Assembly (NCBI GenBank): GCA_951812305.1
Contig: CATOSB010000012.1
Coordinates: forward strand, 145,591 to 209,590
Length of the DNA: 64,000 nucleotides
Source of the DNA: an uncultured Rhodobacteraceae bacterium
GTDB taxonomy: Bacteria; Pseudomonadota; Alphaproteobacteria; Rhodobacterales; Rhodobacteraceae
Reading direction: 5' to 3'
Each line of letters opens with the position of its first letter. The first letter of the stretch is position 1. The position numbers and the translations under genes were made by a program. Below are positions 25,051-34,757 of this stretch, in pieces. The notes beneath the pieces are model-generated. The model ran no database searches. It was given only the letters and a program-made list of their open reading frames with translations, and was not told the DNA's origin.

Positions 25051-26240
25051 CTTACCACCCTTCAATTTAGCCAGACATCCCAGAGCTTGGGGATTTTGGC
25101 ATAACCTGCGAGGCATCGTCGGATAGCACGAAGGCCTGTCTTGAAGAGAGAGCATAAGGACCTTCGGGCTTTTCGAATCCCCTTTTTTCGCCGCGTATTG
25201 CGACGTGGTGCTCTTCGTTTGCTCCGGTTGAAACAGCCCAGTACATGGCGATTGCCAGCACCAAAATGAGGCGGGCCAATCGATCCGGCTTTTTGATCTG
25301 GCTTTGAGTAATTTCAAAGCCCCGGGTTTTGAAGTCGGAGAACATGGCTTCAATTCCCCAACGCATTCCATAATCGAGCACCTTGTACTCGGACGGTGCT
25401 GCATTCATGGCAATAATCCAAGGCTCTTTGTGCCCCTCTTCGTGAAGCACTCCAATGTTGCTAAAGACGCCCGTTCCGTAAAGCTCAGCGTTTACAAGCC
25501 CTTCGGGCATCAGTTGGGCAATTTCGCGCGTCATCATCTCGCCACCCTGATGTTGCAGTGTGATATTTCCCTTCATGCGCAGCCGGTAGTCCCATCCAGC
25601 CTCCTGGCACCATGCGACCAATCGGGCGGTTCCATAAAACCGATCTCCCGCCAGCAACACACGCGCATCCGCCGGGAGCCATGGGCGGACTGCTTCCAAA
25701 AGCTCATGTTGCACGCGCCATCCAATCGGCCCTTTGGTCTGGCGTACACGCCAGGCGACCGGGAGGGCCCGATCCCGCATCCGCACCGATAACATCAAAA
25801 CCTCATGCCCTTCGTTGAGCTTGCTTTGATCAAGGGCCACCACAATCGTTTCTCCGGCCTCACACTGGCGGCGGAAAATTTCACCAACATAGGCCTGCAT
25901 GATCTCATCAGTATCGATGTGAGGATTGCCCAGAACCCGCGAAATGTATTGATAGCGGTGGTCCACAGAGCCGATATCGCGGGGCAGAGCAGCCGCATTT
26001 TCCATCAGATTGACGCTGCGCGTGTTCAAAATCACGCTTGCTATGATGCACAATCCCTCCCGGCGCGACTTGTGATACCCGAGCAAGCGGTCCTGAAAAT
26101 CCGCCTCAACCTTCGAATAAAGCTCTGAAAAACAAACATTTCCCAACAAACCAGCCTCCAATATCAGCAGTGGAGACTCCTTGAATCACACAGATCAGAC
26201 AAACGTCAAATCAGATCCGGAAATTTTGAAGGGTGGTAAG
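25051..26240 (-). mobile_element. IS4-like element, copy 3
   Basis: IRs and 9-bp TSD ATGCTCGAT. Confidence 0.94.
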
Positions 26241-26366
26241 ATGCTCGATACAAGCTTCTTGATCTGGATAGCGTGTGAAGATATTTAAGAGGTTCATGCT
26301 TCATCTCCTTATGAACAAGACTAAAGAGATCAAGCCAGAGTGTCAAGCCTATAACTTATAACTGCG

Positions 26367-26419
26367 TTCTGTAAATCCTGAAAGGTGGATGAAATGAAAA
26401 CTTGATACCGCTTTTCCAA
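26367..26419 (-). pseudogene. DUF4062-domain gene, first ~17 codons only
   Basis: (M)EKRYQVFISSTFQDLQ matches the DUF4062 N-terminal signature; cut by the IS1595 end. Confidence 0.6.
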
Positions 26420-26457
26420 ATCACTTGCCCTTCGGTTGTATCCAGTCAGAATGGGCG

Positions 26458-27006
26458 ATGAATCACAGTGAAACAAGGGGCAGACATGATCCGGGCAGCG
26501 TTGATCGCAACCTCCGCACCGCCGTTCACATCGCCGCCTTTTCCAGCCATGAGGATGTGATCGCGGCGCTCGCCGCCGCCGGGGCCGACATGAACACGCT
26601 TGAACGCGGGCTTTATGACGCCGTGACCATCGCGTCCGTGGCCGACGATCTCGACATGCTGAACGCCGCGCTGGCGGCGGGCAACCGCGCCGATCTGATG
26701 ACCAGCATCTATGACGGCACCGCGTTGATCGCCGCCGCACATCTGGGATACGCCGAGGTGGTACAGACACTGATCGACGGCGGTGCGCCGCTCGATCACG
26801 TCAACAACCTCGGCTGGACCGCGCTGATCGAATCCGTGGTGCTGGGTGACGGCGGCCCGGCGCATCGGCAGACCGCGAAAAACCTGCTGGACGCCGGGGC
26901 CGACCCCAACATCCCCGACCGCAACGGCCACACACCCCTGCAATTGGCGCGTCAGCGCGGGTATGATGAAATGGCCAAATTGATCGCTGCGGCGGGTGGC
27001 AATTAA
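26458..27006 (+). CDS. Ankyrin-repeat protein (possibly 5'-truncated)
   Basis: Repeated TA/PL..AA..G...V..L..GA.D/N units (GTALIAAAHLG, GWTALIESV, GHTPLQLA). Confidence 0.82.
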   Translation: MNHSETRGRHDPGSVDRNLRTAVHIAAFSSHEDVIAALAAAGADMNTLERGLYDAVTIASVADDLDMLNAALAAGNRADLMTSIYDGTALIAAAHLGYAEVVQTLIDGGAPLDHVNNLGWTALIESVVLGDGGPAHRQTAKNLLDAGADPNIPDRNGHTPLQLARQRGYDEMAKLIAAAGGN

Positions 27007-27014
27007 CCAACGCA

Positions 27015-27082
27015 GCCCCGGACCTGATCCGGGGCCTCAAATTCGGCGTTTGAAATGAGGTCCCGGATCAAGCCCGGGACGG
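27015..27082. repeat. Paired REP/RPE-like palindromes between convergent genes
   Basis: GCCCCGGACCTGATCCGGGGC and GTCCCGGATCAAGCCCGGGAC; second unit recurs at 44020-44054. Confidence 0.75.
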
Positions 27083-27101
27083 TTGGTTCATATTCGGCGC
27101 A

Positions 27102-27803
27102 CTACACCACACCCCCAACCATCCAACCGATTGCCGCCGTGGCGGCCAGCGCAAATGCTCCCCACATCACGATCCGACCAACAGCCCGGACCACCGGCGC
27201 ACCGCCCATAGCCGCCGACATGGTCCCCAAAAGCGCCAGCGAAAGCAGCGTCGCCACCACTACCGTCGGCACCACGACCGACAAGGGCGACAGCCACGCC
27301 ACCAGAAGCGGCAGCGCCGCGCCGGTTGCGAAGGACAGGGCGGACGCCCAGGCCGCCTGAATCGGGTCCGCTGCCATCTCCTCGGTGATCCCGATTTCAT
27401 CCCGCATGTGCGCGCCCAGCGCATCGTGCCGCGTAAGCTGCGCGGCAACTTCCTCGGCCAGGCCCCGCTCCAACCCGCGCGCCTCGTAAATCTGGGTCAG
27501 TTCTTCCAACTCGACGTCGGGCATTTCCACCAGCGCGCGGCGTTCCTTTGCCATATCGGCGCGCTCTATGTCGGACTGCGAACTGACGGACACGTACTCC
27601 CCAGTCGCCATTGACATCGCCCCGGCGACCAGCCCGGCGATTCCGGCGATGACGATCTCAGTATGTCCAACGGCGGCGGCGGCAACACCGACAATCAGCG
27701 AGCCGGTCGATACGATCCCGTCATTCGCGCCTAGAACCGCCGCGCGCAGCCAGTTCGAACGGTGCGTCAGGTGGTGCTCGTCGTGGGTGGCGTGATCATG
27801 CAT
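27102..27803 (-). CDS. VIT1/CCC1-family Fe/Mn transporter
   Basis: WLRAAVLGANDGIVS and AMSMATGEYVSVSSQ.D motifs. Confidence 0.92.
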   Translation of the reverse strand: MHDHATHDEHHLTHRSNWLRAAVLGANDGIVSTGSLIVGVAAAAVGHTEIVIAGIAGLVAGAMSMATGEYVSVSSQSDIERADMAKERRALVEMPDVELEELTQIYEARGLERGLAEEVAAQLTRHDALGAHMRDEIGITEEMAADPIQAAWASALSFATGAALPLLVAWLSPLSVVVPTVVVATLLSLALLGTMSAAMGGAPVVRAVGRIVMWGAFALAATAAIGWMVGGVV

Positions 27804-27981
27804 AGCATTTTCCGATTGGGTCCAGAATACCGACCTAATACCGACGTGATACCGACGCAATACAGCTACCAACCCTATCACGGGTGATAGATTCTCGCAG
27901 CGACGGAATTCCGCCCGGCGTTTTTCCTAGATTCCGCGCTGCGTCGCATTAACAAAGTGGTCTGAAGCGAAAGGATGACGC

Positions 27982-29127
27982 ATGTCTTATCCGCCTCTTT
28001 CAGATGCCCGCGAGAATTTGAACGTGCAGTGGTACCGTTCTGCAATGCCGCCCGCGCGGTTTCGTGAATTGTCCAAAAGCGATGACACACAAGGCTGGAT
28101 TCAGGCTGGTGGTCATTTGGCGATCTTTGCCGTGACCGGGCTAGCGGTTTATCTAACTTGGGCAAATGGCCTTTGGATCTGGTTTTTTGGTGCCCTGTTC
28201 CTGCATGGCACCAGCACCTCCTTTTTCCGCGGCACAGCGGTGCATGAGCTGGGTCACGGCACGGTTTTCAAAACCAAATGGCTGAACAAACTTTTCCTTT
28301 ACGTGTTCAGCATGGTCAGCTGGTGGAACCCGTTCGACTATGCCAGCAGCCACACCTATCACCACCGTTACACGCTGCACCCCAAGGGCGACCGCGAAGT
28401 TCTGTTGCCGGTTCACCCCAATGTCGGGCGCACGTTTCTGTTGCAGATGTTTACACTGAACTTGCTGACCACACCGGGGCGGACGTTTGGCAAGGGTGGG
28501 ATACTATCGACGATCTGGATCACGATGCTGGATGCTGTTGGGCGCGTTCCGTCAAGCGAAGTTCCGGCGAATGAATGGGTCGATGCGCTGCATCAGGACA
28601 ACCCGCGCCAGCATGAACTTTCAATGTGGTGGTCGCGGGCCCAATTGGCCTTCCACGGCGGGGTACTTATCTTGGCGATTGCAACCGGGCTTTGGGTTTT
28701 GCCGTTGATCTTCACGTTTTGCTCCTACATTGCCAATTGGCTCAGCTATTTCGTTGGATTGCCGCAGCATTGCGGTCTTCGCGACAACGTGGCCGACTTT
28801 CGCAAAAGCGTGCGCTCGATGACGCTGCCCTGGCCTCTTGAGTTCCTTTACTGGCGGATGAACTGGCACACAGAGCATCACATGTATGCGGGTGTTCCGT
28901 GTTACAATCTTCGCGCTTTGTACGAGGAAGTGAAGGACGATATGCCCGAGCCGCGAACGCTGGCAGGTGCGTGGCGTGAGATGTTGGATACCTGGCAGCG
29001 GCAGCAGACGGACCCGAATTATCAGTTCGACACACCGCTTCCCGCGACGGCCAGGACTACGAGGGAACGTCACGCAAGTGCAGAGGAACGCTCCATCGGT
29101 GATCTTGCGCCAAAAGGGTTGAATTAG
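27982..29127 (+). CDS. Membrane di-iron fatty-acid-desaturase-family protein (MocD-like)
   Basis: Three His boxes HELGH, HTYHH, HTEHH plus TM helices. Confidence 0.85.
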   Translation: MSYPPLSDARENLNVQWYRSAMPPARFRELSKSDDTQGWIQAGGHLAIFAVTGLAVYLTWANGLWIWFFGALFLHGTSTSFFRGTAVHELGHGTVFKTKWLNKLFLYVFSMVSWWNPFDYASSHTYHHRYTLHPKGDREVLLPVHPNVGRTFLLQMFTLNLLTTPGRTFGKGGILSTIWITMLDAVGRVPSSEVPANEWVDALHQDNPRQHELSMWWSRAQLAFHGGVLILAIATGLWVLPLIFTFCSYIANWLSYFVGLPQHCGLRDNVADFRKSVRSMTLPWPLEFLYWRMNWHTEHHMYAGVPCYNLRALYEEVKDDMPEPRTLAGAWREMLDTWQRQQTDPNYQFDTPLPATARTTRERHASAEERSIGDLAPKGLN

Positions 29128-29990
29128 GGCCTAACCCGTAGCGGCTGAACTGCCTTACGGATTGCTTCGCCAACCGGAGTGCTTTCAAACTGCGGAAGCA
29201 GTTCCCTAAGTCGTTGCCCATCCAGGTGATGCGGCATGTACCAAAGATAACGCATTTGAAGCAAATACCGCGCCATCGGCCAAAACGGTGACAGAATCTT
29301 CAGCGGCAGCCACGACATAGGCTTAATGTTCACATTGCGGATAGAGGATATCTGCTCGCCAAGCTCTTTGCCAGTCAGCGTGAACCCCGGGAACGGAAGG
29401 TCTTCGAATTGGTCGAGCTCATCTCGCATTTCGGCCAATTGCACGACGGCACGCGCAAGATCCGGTAAGAATGCCCATGCGTGGGGCTTGTCGAACGCGC
29501 CGGGATAAACAAACTTACCATTCGCGATATTGGCAACGATGATCTTGTCGAACCAGTTGCCGGACGCTTCGGTGTCCAGAAAGTCCCCTGCCCGTACAAT
29601 GATCGTTTTGACGCCTGAGTCGCGGTATGCGCGCTCCATCTCGATGCGGATGCGACCAAGTGAATTCTGCGCAAGATGCGGCGTGTCCGCGGCGAACCGC
29701 TCCGGTGCATCGGCACCGAAGACGTAGACGTTGCCGGGGATAATTACTGTTGCGTCTGCGGATTTCGCTGCGGCGATTACGTCTTTTGTTTGCCCGGGTA
29801 CCGCGCTTGCCCATTTCGGGTAAGGCGGGTTCCAGGCATTTACGATAACGTCAGCGCCTAATGCAGATTGTACTAAATCGTCGTGAGCGCGGTCAAATCT
29901 GCGGACGATCCATCCAGCGTGTTCGAATGCTTCGGCTGCATGGCGGCCAAACCGGCCAGAAGCCCCAAGAACCAAGGCGGTGCCATTCAT
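29124..29990 (-). CDS. NAD-dependent epimerase/dehydratase-family protein
   Basis: VLGASGRFG Rossmann motif; PGNVYVFG, HAWAFLPDLA. Confidence 0.85.
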   Translation of the reverse strand: MNGTALVLGASGRFGRHAAEAFEHAGWIVRRFDRAHDDLVQSALGADVIVNAWNPPYPKWASAVPGQTKDVIAAAKSADATVIIPGNVYVFGADAPERFAADTPHLAQNSLGRIRIEMERAYRDSGVKTIIVRAGDFLDTEASGNWFDKIIVANIANGKFVYPGAFDKPHAWAFLPDLARAVVQLAEMRDELDQFEDLPFPGFTLTGKELGEQISSIRNVNIKPMSWLPLKILSPFWPMARYLLQMRYLWYMPHHLDGQRLRELLPQFESTPVGEAIRKAVQPLRVRP

Positions 29991-30082
29991 TTGTATTTTC
30001 CCAAATTGACTTTGGACTATCCAATCCGTTTCGTTGGTGAATGGGAATTGTCAATTTTCCTAGATATGATATTCAAAAATGA

Positions 30083-30976
30083 ATGGATAAATTTAATCAA
30101 CTTGACTGGTCTTTGGTGCAATCGTTCCTTGCCGTTGCTGAAACCGGATCGCTTACCGGCGCTGCACGGAAAACTTTGCAAAGCCAACCTACACTGGGTC
30201 GACAGGTGCAGGCTTTGGAGGAAGCACTCGGCGTTTCCGTTTTTCAAAGGGCGCCAAAGGGAATGACACTTACCAAAGCGGGTGAAGCATTGCTACCTGC
30301 CGCGCGCGCCATGATGGAAGCAGCCCGGCAGCTTTCAGTTGTGGCCGCCGGTGAAACAGAAGAGCTAAATGGAACTGTGCGTATTACGGCCAGCGTATTC
30401 TTCGCGCATCATATCCTTCCAACGATCATCGCGAGATTCCGCGACCTTGAGCCAAACATTGAAATTGAATTGGTTGCTAGCGACGAAAGTGACAACCTGC
30501 TGTTTCGTGAAGCTGACATTGCCATTAGAATGTACCGCCCTGAGCAACTGGATATGGTGACGCGGCATCTTGGCGACGTTCCCCTGGGCCTATTCGCCGC
30601 CACAAACTATCTCGTCAGGAATGGTCGCCCACAATCATTCGAGGATATCGCTGACCACCATTTCGTCGGGTATGATGCAAACGACGCCATTATCCGGGGG
30701 ATGCGGGAACTTGGCCTTCCGGCAGAACGGAACTGGTTCGCCGTGCGATGCGATCATCAGACCGCCTATTGGGAACTTGTTCGCGCAGGGTGTGGGATCG
30801 GGCTTTGCCAAAGAGATGTTGGGCGGAGGGACCCTGCAGTTTCGGAACTGCTACAGGACACACCACTGCCAAGCCTTCCGGTCTGGCTGACGACCCATGA
30901 ACGCTTGCGCCGAACACCGCGCATCACTCGGGTCTGGGACCATCTCACGGTGGAATTGCAGCGCCAGCTTTCTTGA
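30083..30976 (+). CDS. LysR-family regulator, divergent from the epimerase
   Basis: FLAVAETGSLTGAA...QPTLGRQV HTH; EADIAIR. Confidence 0.93.
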   Translation: MDKFNQLDWSLVQSFLAVAETGSLTGAARKTLQSQPTLGRQVQALEEALGVSVFQRAPKGMTLTKAGEALLPAARAMMEAARQLSVVAAGETEELNGTVRITASVFFAHHILPTIIARFRDLEPNIEIELVASDESDNLLFREADIAIRMYRPEQLDMVTRHLGDVPLGLFAATNYLVRNGRPQSFEDIADHHFVGYDANDAIIRGMRELGLPAERNWFAVRCDHQTAYWELVRAGCGIGLCQRDVGRRDPAVSELLQDTPLPSLPVWLTTHERLRRTPRITRVWDHLTVELQRQLS

Positions 30977-31031
30977 CCCCATTAAGGTGACGGGATAGGC
31001 GGTTTCTGATCAGAATTCCATGGAGCCGCAA

Positions 31032-32141
31032 ATGTCCAATCCATCACTTCTTATCTTGCCGGGCGACGGCATCGGCCCCGAAGTCATGGCCGAAGTACGG
31101 CGGGTTATTGACTGGTTCGCCGGCAACCGAGCGATGGCGTTCGACGTCTCCGAGGATCTGGTCGGCGGTGCAGCGTATGACGCCCATGGCACTCCGTTGC
31201 ACGATGACACAATGGCCAGGGCACAAGAGGTCGATGCGGTTCTATTGGGTGCCGTTGGCGGGCCGCAATACGACGACCTTGATTTCAGCGTGAAACCAGA
31301 ACGCGGCTTGCTGCGTTTGCGCAAAGAAATGGATTTGTTTTCCAATCTGCGTCCGGCACAATGTTTTGACGCATTGGCTGACTTCTCGTCGTTAAAGCGC
31401 GAGGTCGTCGCCGGGCTCGACATCATGATCGTCCGCGAATTGACCAGTGGTGTGTATTTCGGCGAGCCCCGCGGCATTTTCAAAGAGGGCAATGAGCGCG
31501 TAGGAATCAACACCCAGCGTTACACTGAATCCGAAATTGCTCGTGTTGCGCGCTCTGCGTTTGAGCTGGCGCGAAAGCGGTCAAACATGGTCTGTTCTAT
31601 GGAAAAGGCCAACGTCATGGAATCCGGTATTTTGTGGCGCGACGTTGTGACAGAAATCCACGATGCGGAATATGGCGACGTCGAACTCAGCCACATGTAC
31701 GCTGATGCAGGCGCAATGCAGCTGTGCCGCAATCCCAAGCAGTTCGATGTGATCGTCACGGACAATCTGTTTGGCGACATCCTGTCGGACGCCGCAGCCA
31801 TGTTGACCGGGTCGCTCGGCATGTTGCCGTCCGCATCGCTTGGTTCGCCGATGGAAAACGGGCGGCCCAAAGCACTTTATGAGCCGGTCCACGGTTCGGC
31901 CCCGGACATCACAGGTCAGGGCAAGGCAAATCCGATTGCCTGTATCCTGAGTTTCGCGATGGCGTTGCGGTATTCGTTTGACGCGGGCAACGACGCAAGT
32001 CGGCTGGAGGCGGCCGTAAATGACGTTCTGGCTGACGGATTACGAACCGCTGATTTGTTGGGTGAGGATGGTGTTGATCCAGTTTCAACCACGGAAATGG
32101 CCGACGCAATTCTCGCAAAGCTGGACGCAAATCTCGGCTAG
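31032..32141 (+). CDS. leuB: 3-isopropylmalate dehydrogenase
   Basis: [40 protein letters not shown]. Confidence 0.97.
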   Translation: MSNPSLLILPGDGIGPEVMAEVRRVIDWFAGNRAMAFDVSEDLVGGAAYDAHGTPLHDDTMARAQEVDAVLLGAVGGPQYDDLDFSVKPERGLLRLRKEMDLFSNLRPAQCFDALADFSSLKREVVAGLDIMIVRELTSGVYFGEPRGIFKEGNERVGINTQRYTESEIARVARSAFELARKRSNMVCSMEKANVMESGILWRDVVTEIHDAEYGDVELSHMYADAGAMQLCRNPKQFDVIVTDNLFGDILSDAAAMLTGSLGMLPSASLGSPMENGRPKALYEPVHGSAPDITGQGKANPIACILSFAMALRYSFDAGNDASRLEAAVNDVLADGLRTADLLGEDGVDPVSTTEMADAILAKLDANLG

Positions 32142-32166
32142 TTATACCAGTAAACGAAAATCTGAA

Positions 32167-32205
32167 AAGACGCCTTGCATGAAATGCAGGGCGCCTTTGC
32201 GTTTT
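32167..32205 (+). terminator. Probable intrinsic terminator after leuB
   Basis: GCGCC/CTTGCAT-GAA-ATGCAGG stem followed by T-rich tail. Confidence 0.55.
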
Positions 32206-32241
32206 GCGCGGGTTGTTAATCTCCAAAAAAAAGCATTGTTA

Positions 32242-33762
32242 ACCCCGATTCTGGATAAGACGTTGGCGTCACCAGTGCACTACTCGACAGAATTTTTTCG
32301 TAGTTTTTGGATTCGTTTTTTACGATACTCGTTGACCCTTTTTCGCAGAGGGTTGCGATGAGGGATTTCCACCATTGTTATGGAAATGATCCTCGGTTCT
32401 CTCAAAGCCTCATTTGGCTCCAGTTCAACGGCAATTCCGCCAAACTCTCCAAGAAATAGAACATTTGAAACGGTTTCGTGATCTGCTTTGAATGTATCAG
32501 GGTCATTTTTCCGTACGTGTTTCGGGATGATCACCTGAAAGGGAGTGGCAGCCATCAGATCGAGCACAAGTGTCATGGTTCTTTTAGGGAGCGCAGCCAG
32601 TTCATTGAGCTTATCCGTGAGGGCGTAGAAACGGTTGGGGTCCTCTTCCATCATGTCGAACATGAGGTCCCGGATCTTCTCATAAGCGAGATCTTCGTTG
32701 ATTGGGAAGTTGTTCTCCATGGCGCGCACCTTTTGCCCCGTGTTGACCAGCCTGAATGCCCCCGTGATTAGTATGGGGTGAGAGGGGTTTCCAGGTACGT
32801 TGCCCCATGATTCAAGGTTCAAAAGCGACACAATATGGACCGCCACTCATGTCGATCACTAACACCGCACTTTTTGTCTGTCTCGATGATTTTGCAAAAA
32901 CCTACGAGGACTGGGAGCGCCACCGGTTGATCCCCTCGGGTCGTCAGAGGCTTCGCGCCGGCAAGCTGACCCTGGGGGAGAGCCTGTTCATCATGGTCTT
33001 GTTTCACTTGTCGCCGTTCAAGGACTTCAAACATTATTGGATTTATGGCGTTGAGCAGAAATACCGTGACTGCTTTGGCAACCTCCCGAGCTATGGTCGG
33101 TTTGTCAGCCTCATGCCAAGATTAATGGTGCCGTTTTGCATACTGCTGCACTGCTTCAGCGGTGAAAAAACCGGCGTCTATTTTGCCGACAGCACTAAGC
33201 TCGCGGTCTGCCACAATGCCCGCATTAATCGAAACAAGGTCTTCAAGGGGCTGGCAAAGCGCGGTCGCAGCACAATGGGCTGGTTCTTTGGCTTCAAACT
33301 GCATCTAATCATCAACAACAAGGGGGAGATCATGGCCGTCAAAATCACGGCAGGTAATGTCGATGATCGAAAGCCGTTTGAAGCCATGATCGCGGGCCCC
33401 GAAGGCAAAATATTTGCTGATAAGGGCTATATCTCCAAATCCCTCTTCCAACGGCTCTGGCAGCGTGGGCTCCACCTCGTCACCGGCATTCGCCGCAACA
33501 TGAAAAACTATCTCCTGCCAATCCTGAACAAAATCCTGTTGCGAAGGCGGTTCATCATCGAAACTCTGTTCGATAAGTTGAAAACCAGCATGGGACTGGA
33601 ACACACTCGACACAGATCGCCTGCCAACGCATTCGTACACCTCATCTCGTGTGTCGCAGCCTATAGGCTCGGGAAAACCAAAGTTAAAATGGGACCCATA
33701 ACCGTGCCGGAAACAATCAGGCAGGTCGAATACCAGATATAGCGCTTATCCAGAACTCAGGT
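32242..33762 (+). mobile_element. Complete IS982-family element (1521 bp) with divergent passenger gene
   Basis: 18-bp imperfect IRs ACCCCGATTCTGGATAAG/CTTATCCAGAACTCAGGT; 7-bp TSD ATTGTTA; transposase 32807-33742. Confidence 0.93.
32280..32720 (-). CDS. Hypothetical 146-aa passenger protein inside IS982
   Basis: Open frame inside the IRs; same N-terminus in the second copy (16060-16193); basic C-terminus RKRVNEYRKKRIQKLRK. Confidence 0.75.
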   Translation of the reverse strand: MENNFPINEDLAYEKIRDLMFDMMEEDPNRFYALTDKLNELAALPKRTMTLVLDLMAATPFQVIIPKHVRKNDPDTFKADHETVSNVLFLGEFGGIAVELEPNEALREPRIISITMVEIPHRNPLRKRVNEYRKKRIQKLRKNSVE

Positions 33763-33800
33763 ATTGTTAGCGCTTGTCACTTCTCGTTGCGATTGCGTCA

Positions 33801-34757
33801 ATGCCCACTGAATCCCGATCAAATCTTAAAGGCGTTCTGTTCGCCCTGGCCGCGTTTGGATTATTCGCGACGCACGACGTTGCCGTCAAAATCCTCGGCG
33901 CGAGTTATGCCACGTTTCAGATCATCTTTTTCAGCGTCCTGCTGGCCTTTCCGTTGGTCATGCTGATGCTGATGAGAGACAAGTCACAAGCGACGCTGAT
34001 CCCTGTACATCCCTGGTGGACAGCACTTCGTACTGCCGCTGCGATCATCACTGGCTTATCCGCATTTTACGCATTCGCTGTTCTTCCGCTTGCACAGGTA
34101 TACACGATCCTGTTTGCGATGCCTTTGGTTATCACGGTTCTCTCCATTCCGGTTTTGGGCGAAAAGGTAGGTGCGCATCGTTGGTTCGCCGTGATCATCG
34201 GCCTGACGGGTGTGTTGGTCGTTCTGCGGCCCGGCTCCACAGAAATCGGTTTAGGCCACGGCGCGGCATTGCTCGCAGCATTCACCGGCGCGCTTGCCTC
34301 GATTATCGTACGGAAAATTGGCCGCGAAGAGCGCAGTGCGGTCTTGATGCTATACCCGATGATGGCAAACTTTGTCCTGATGGCCTGTGTGCTGCCGTTC
34401 ATTTATGTCCCCATGCCGATTGAACATCTTGGGCTTGTTGCAATGATGTCGGTATTTGCCTTCGTCGCTGGTTTGCTCGTCATCGCCGCGTATAGCGCCG
34501 GGGACGCGGCTGTCGTCGCACCGATGCAGTATTCTCAAATCTTGTGGGCCGCTCTTTATGGGTTTGTGTTCTTCGATGAACAGTCGGATAACACGACGTG
34601 GATTGGCGCTGGTATCGTCATATCAAGCGGCGTTTATATCGTTCTGCGCGAGGCCACTGGTTTTCGATCACTGCACCGTCCGGTGCTCAGAGGTCGTCAG
34701 CGGCCTGACACGGGCACACAGCTTCGTATACAAGTGCCGGACCCCGATCACTCGTAG
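33801..34757 (+). CDS. DMT/EamA-family transporter
   Basis: About 10 TM helices; LGEKVGAHRW, APMQYSQILWA. Confidence 0.9.
   Translation: MPTESRSNLKGVLFALAAFGLFATHDVAVKILGASYATFQIIFFSVLLAFPLVMLMLMRDKSQATLIPVHPWWTALRTAAAIITGLSAFYAFAVLPLAQVYTILFAMPLVITVLSIPVLGEKVGAHRWFAVIIGLTGVLVVLRPGSTEIGLGHGAALLAAFTGALASIIVRKIGREERSAVLMLYPMMANFVLMACVLPFIYVPMPIEHLGLVAMMSVFAFVAGLLVIAAYSAGDAAVVAPMQYSQILWAALYGFVFFDEQSDNTTWIGAGIVISSGVYIVLREATGFRSLHRPVLRGRQRPDTGTQLRIQVPDPDHS

Larger units (their letters stand above)
23679..26366 (-). mobile_element. IS1595-family element (transposase 24217-26297 split by IS4-like copy 3) followed by an MTase gene
   Basis: MNLLNIFTRYPDQEACIEH|FERVRWG; CPHC..CHGC zinc ribbon; EADETY, ITDEF, HTNTIEGFWSLLKR; probable left end CGCAGTTATAAG near 26366; right end lost. 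Confidence 0.82.

Noticed and set aside
24217-25404. 395-aa ORF as a new transposase
   Set aside because: Chimera of an IS4-like alternative frame reading into the interrupted IS1595 transposase
26458-27006. Ankyrin protein as a eukaryotic-like symbiosis effector
   Set aside because: Looks like the common short bacterial ankyrin family; no secretion signal or system is visible
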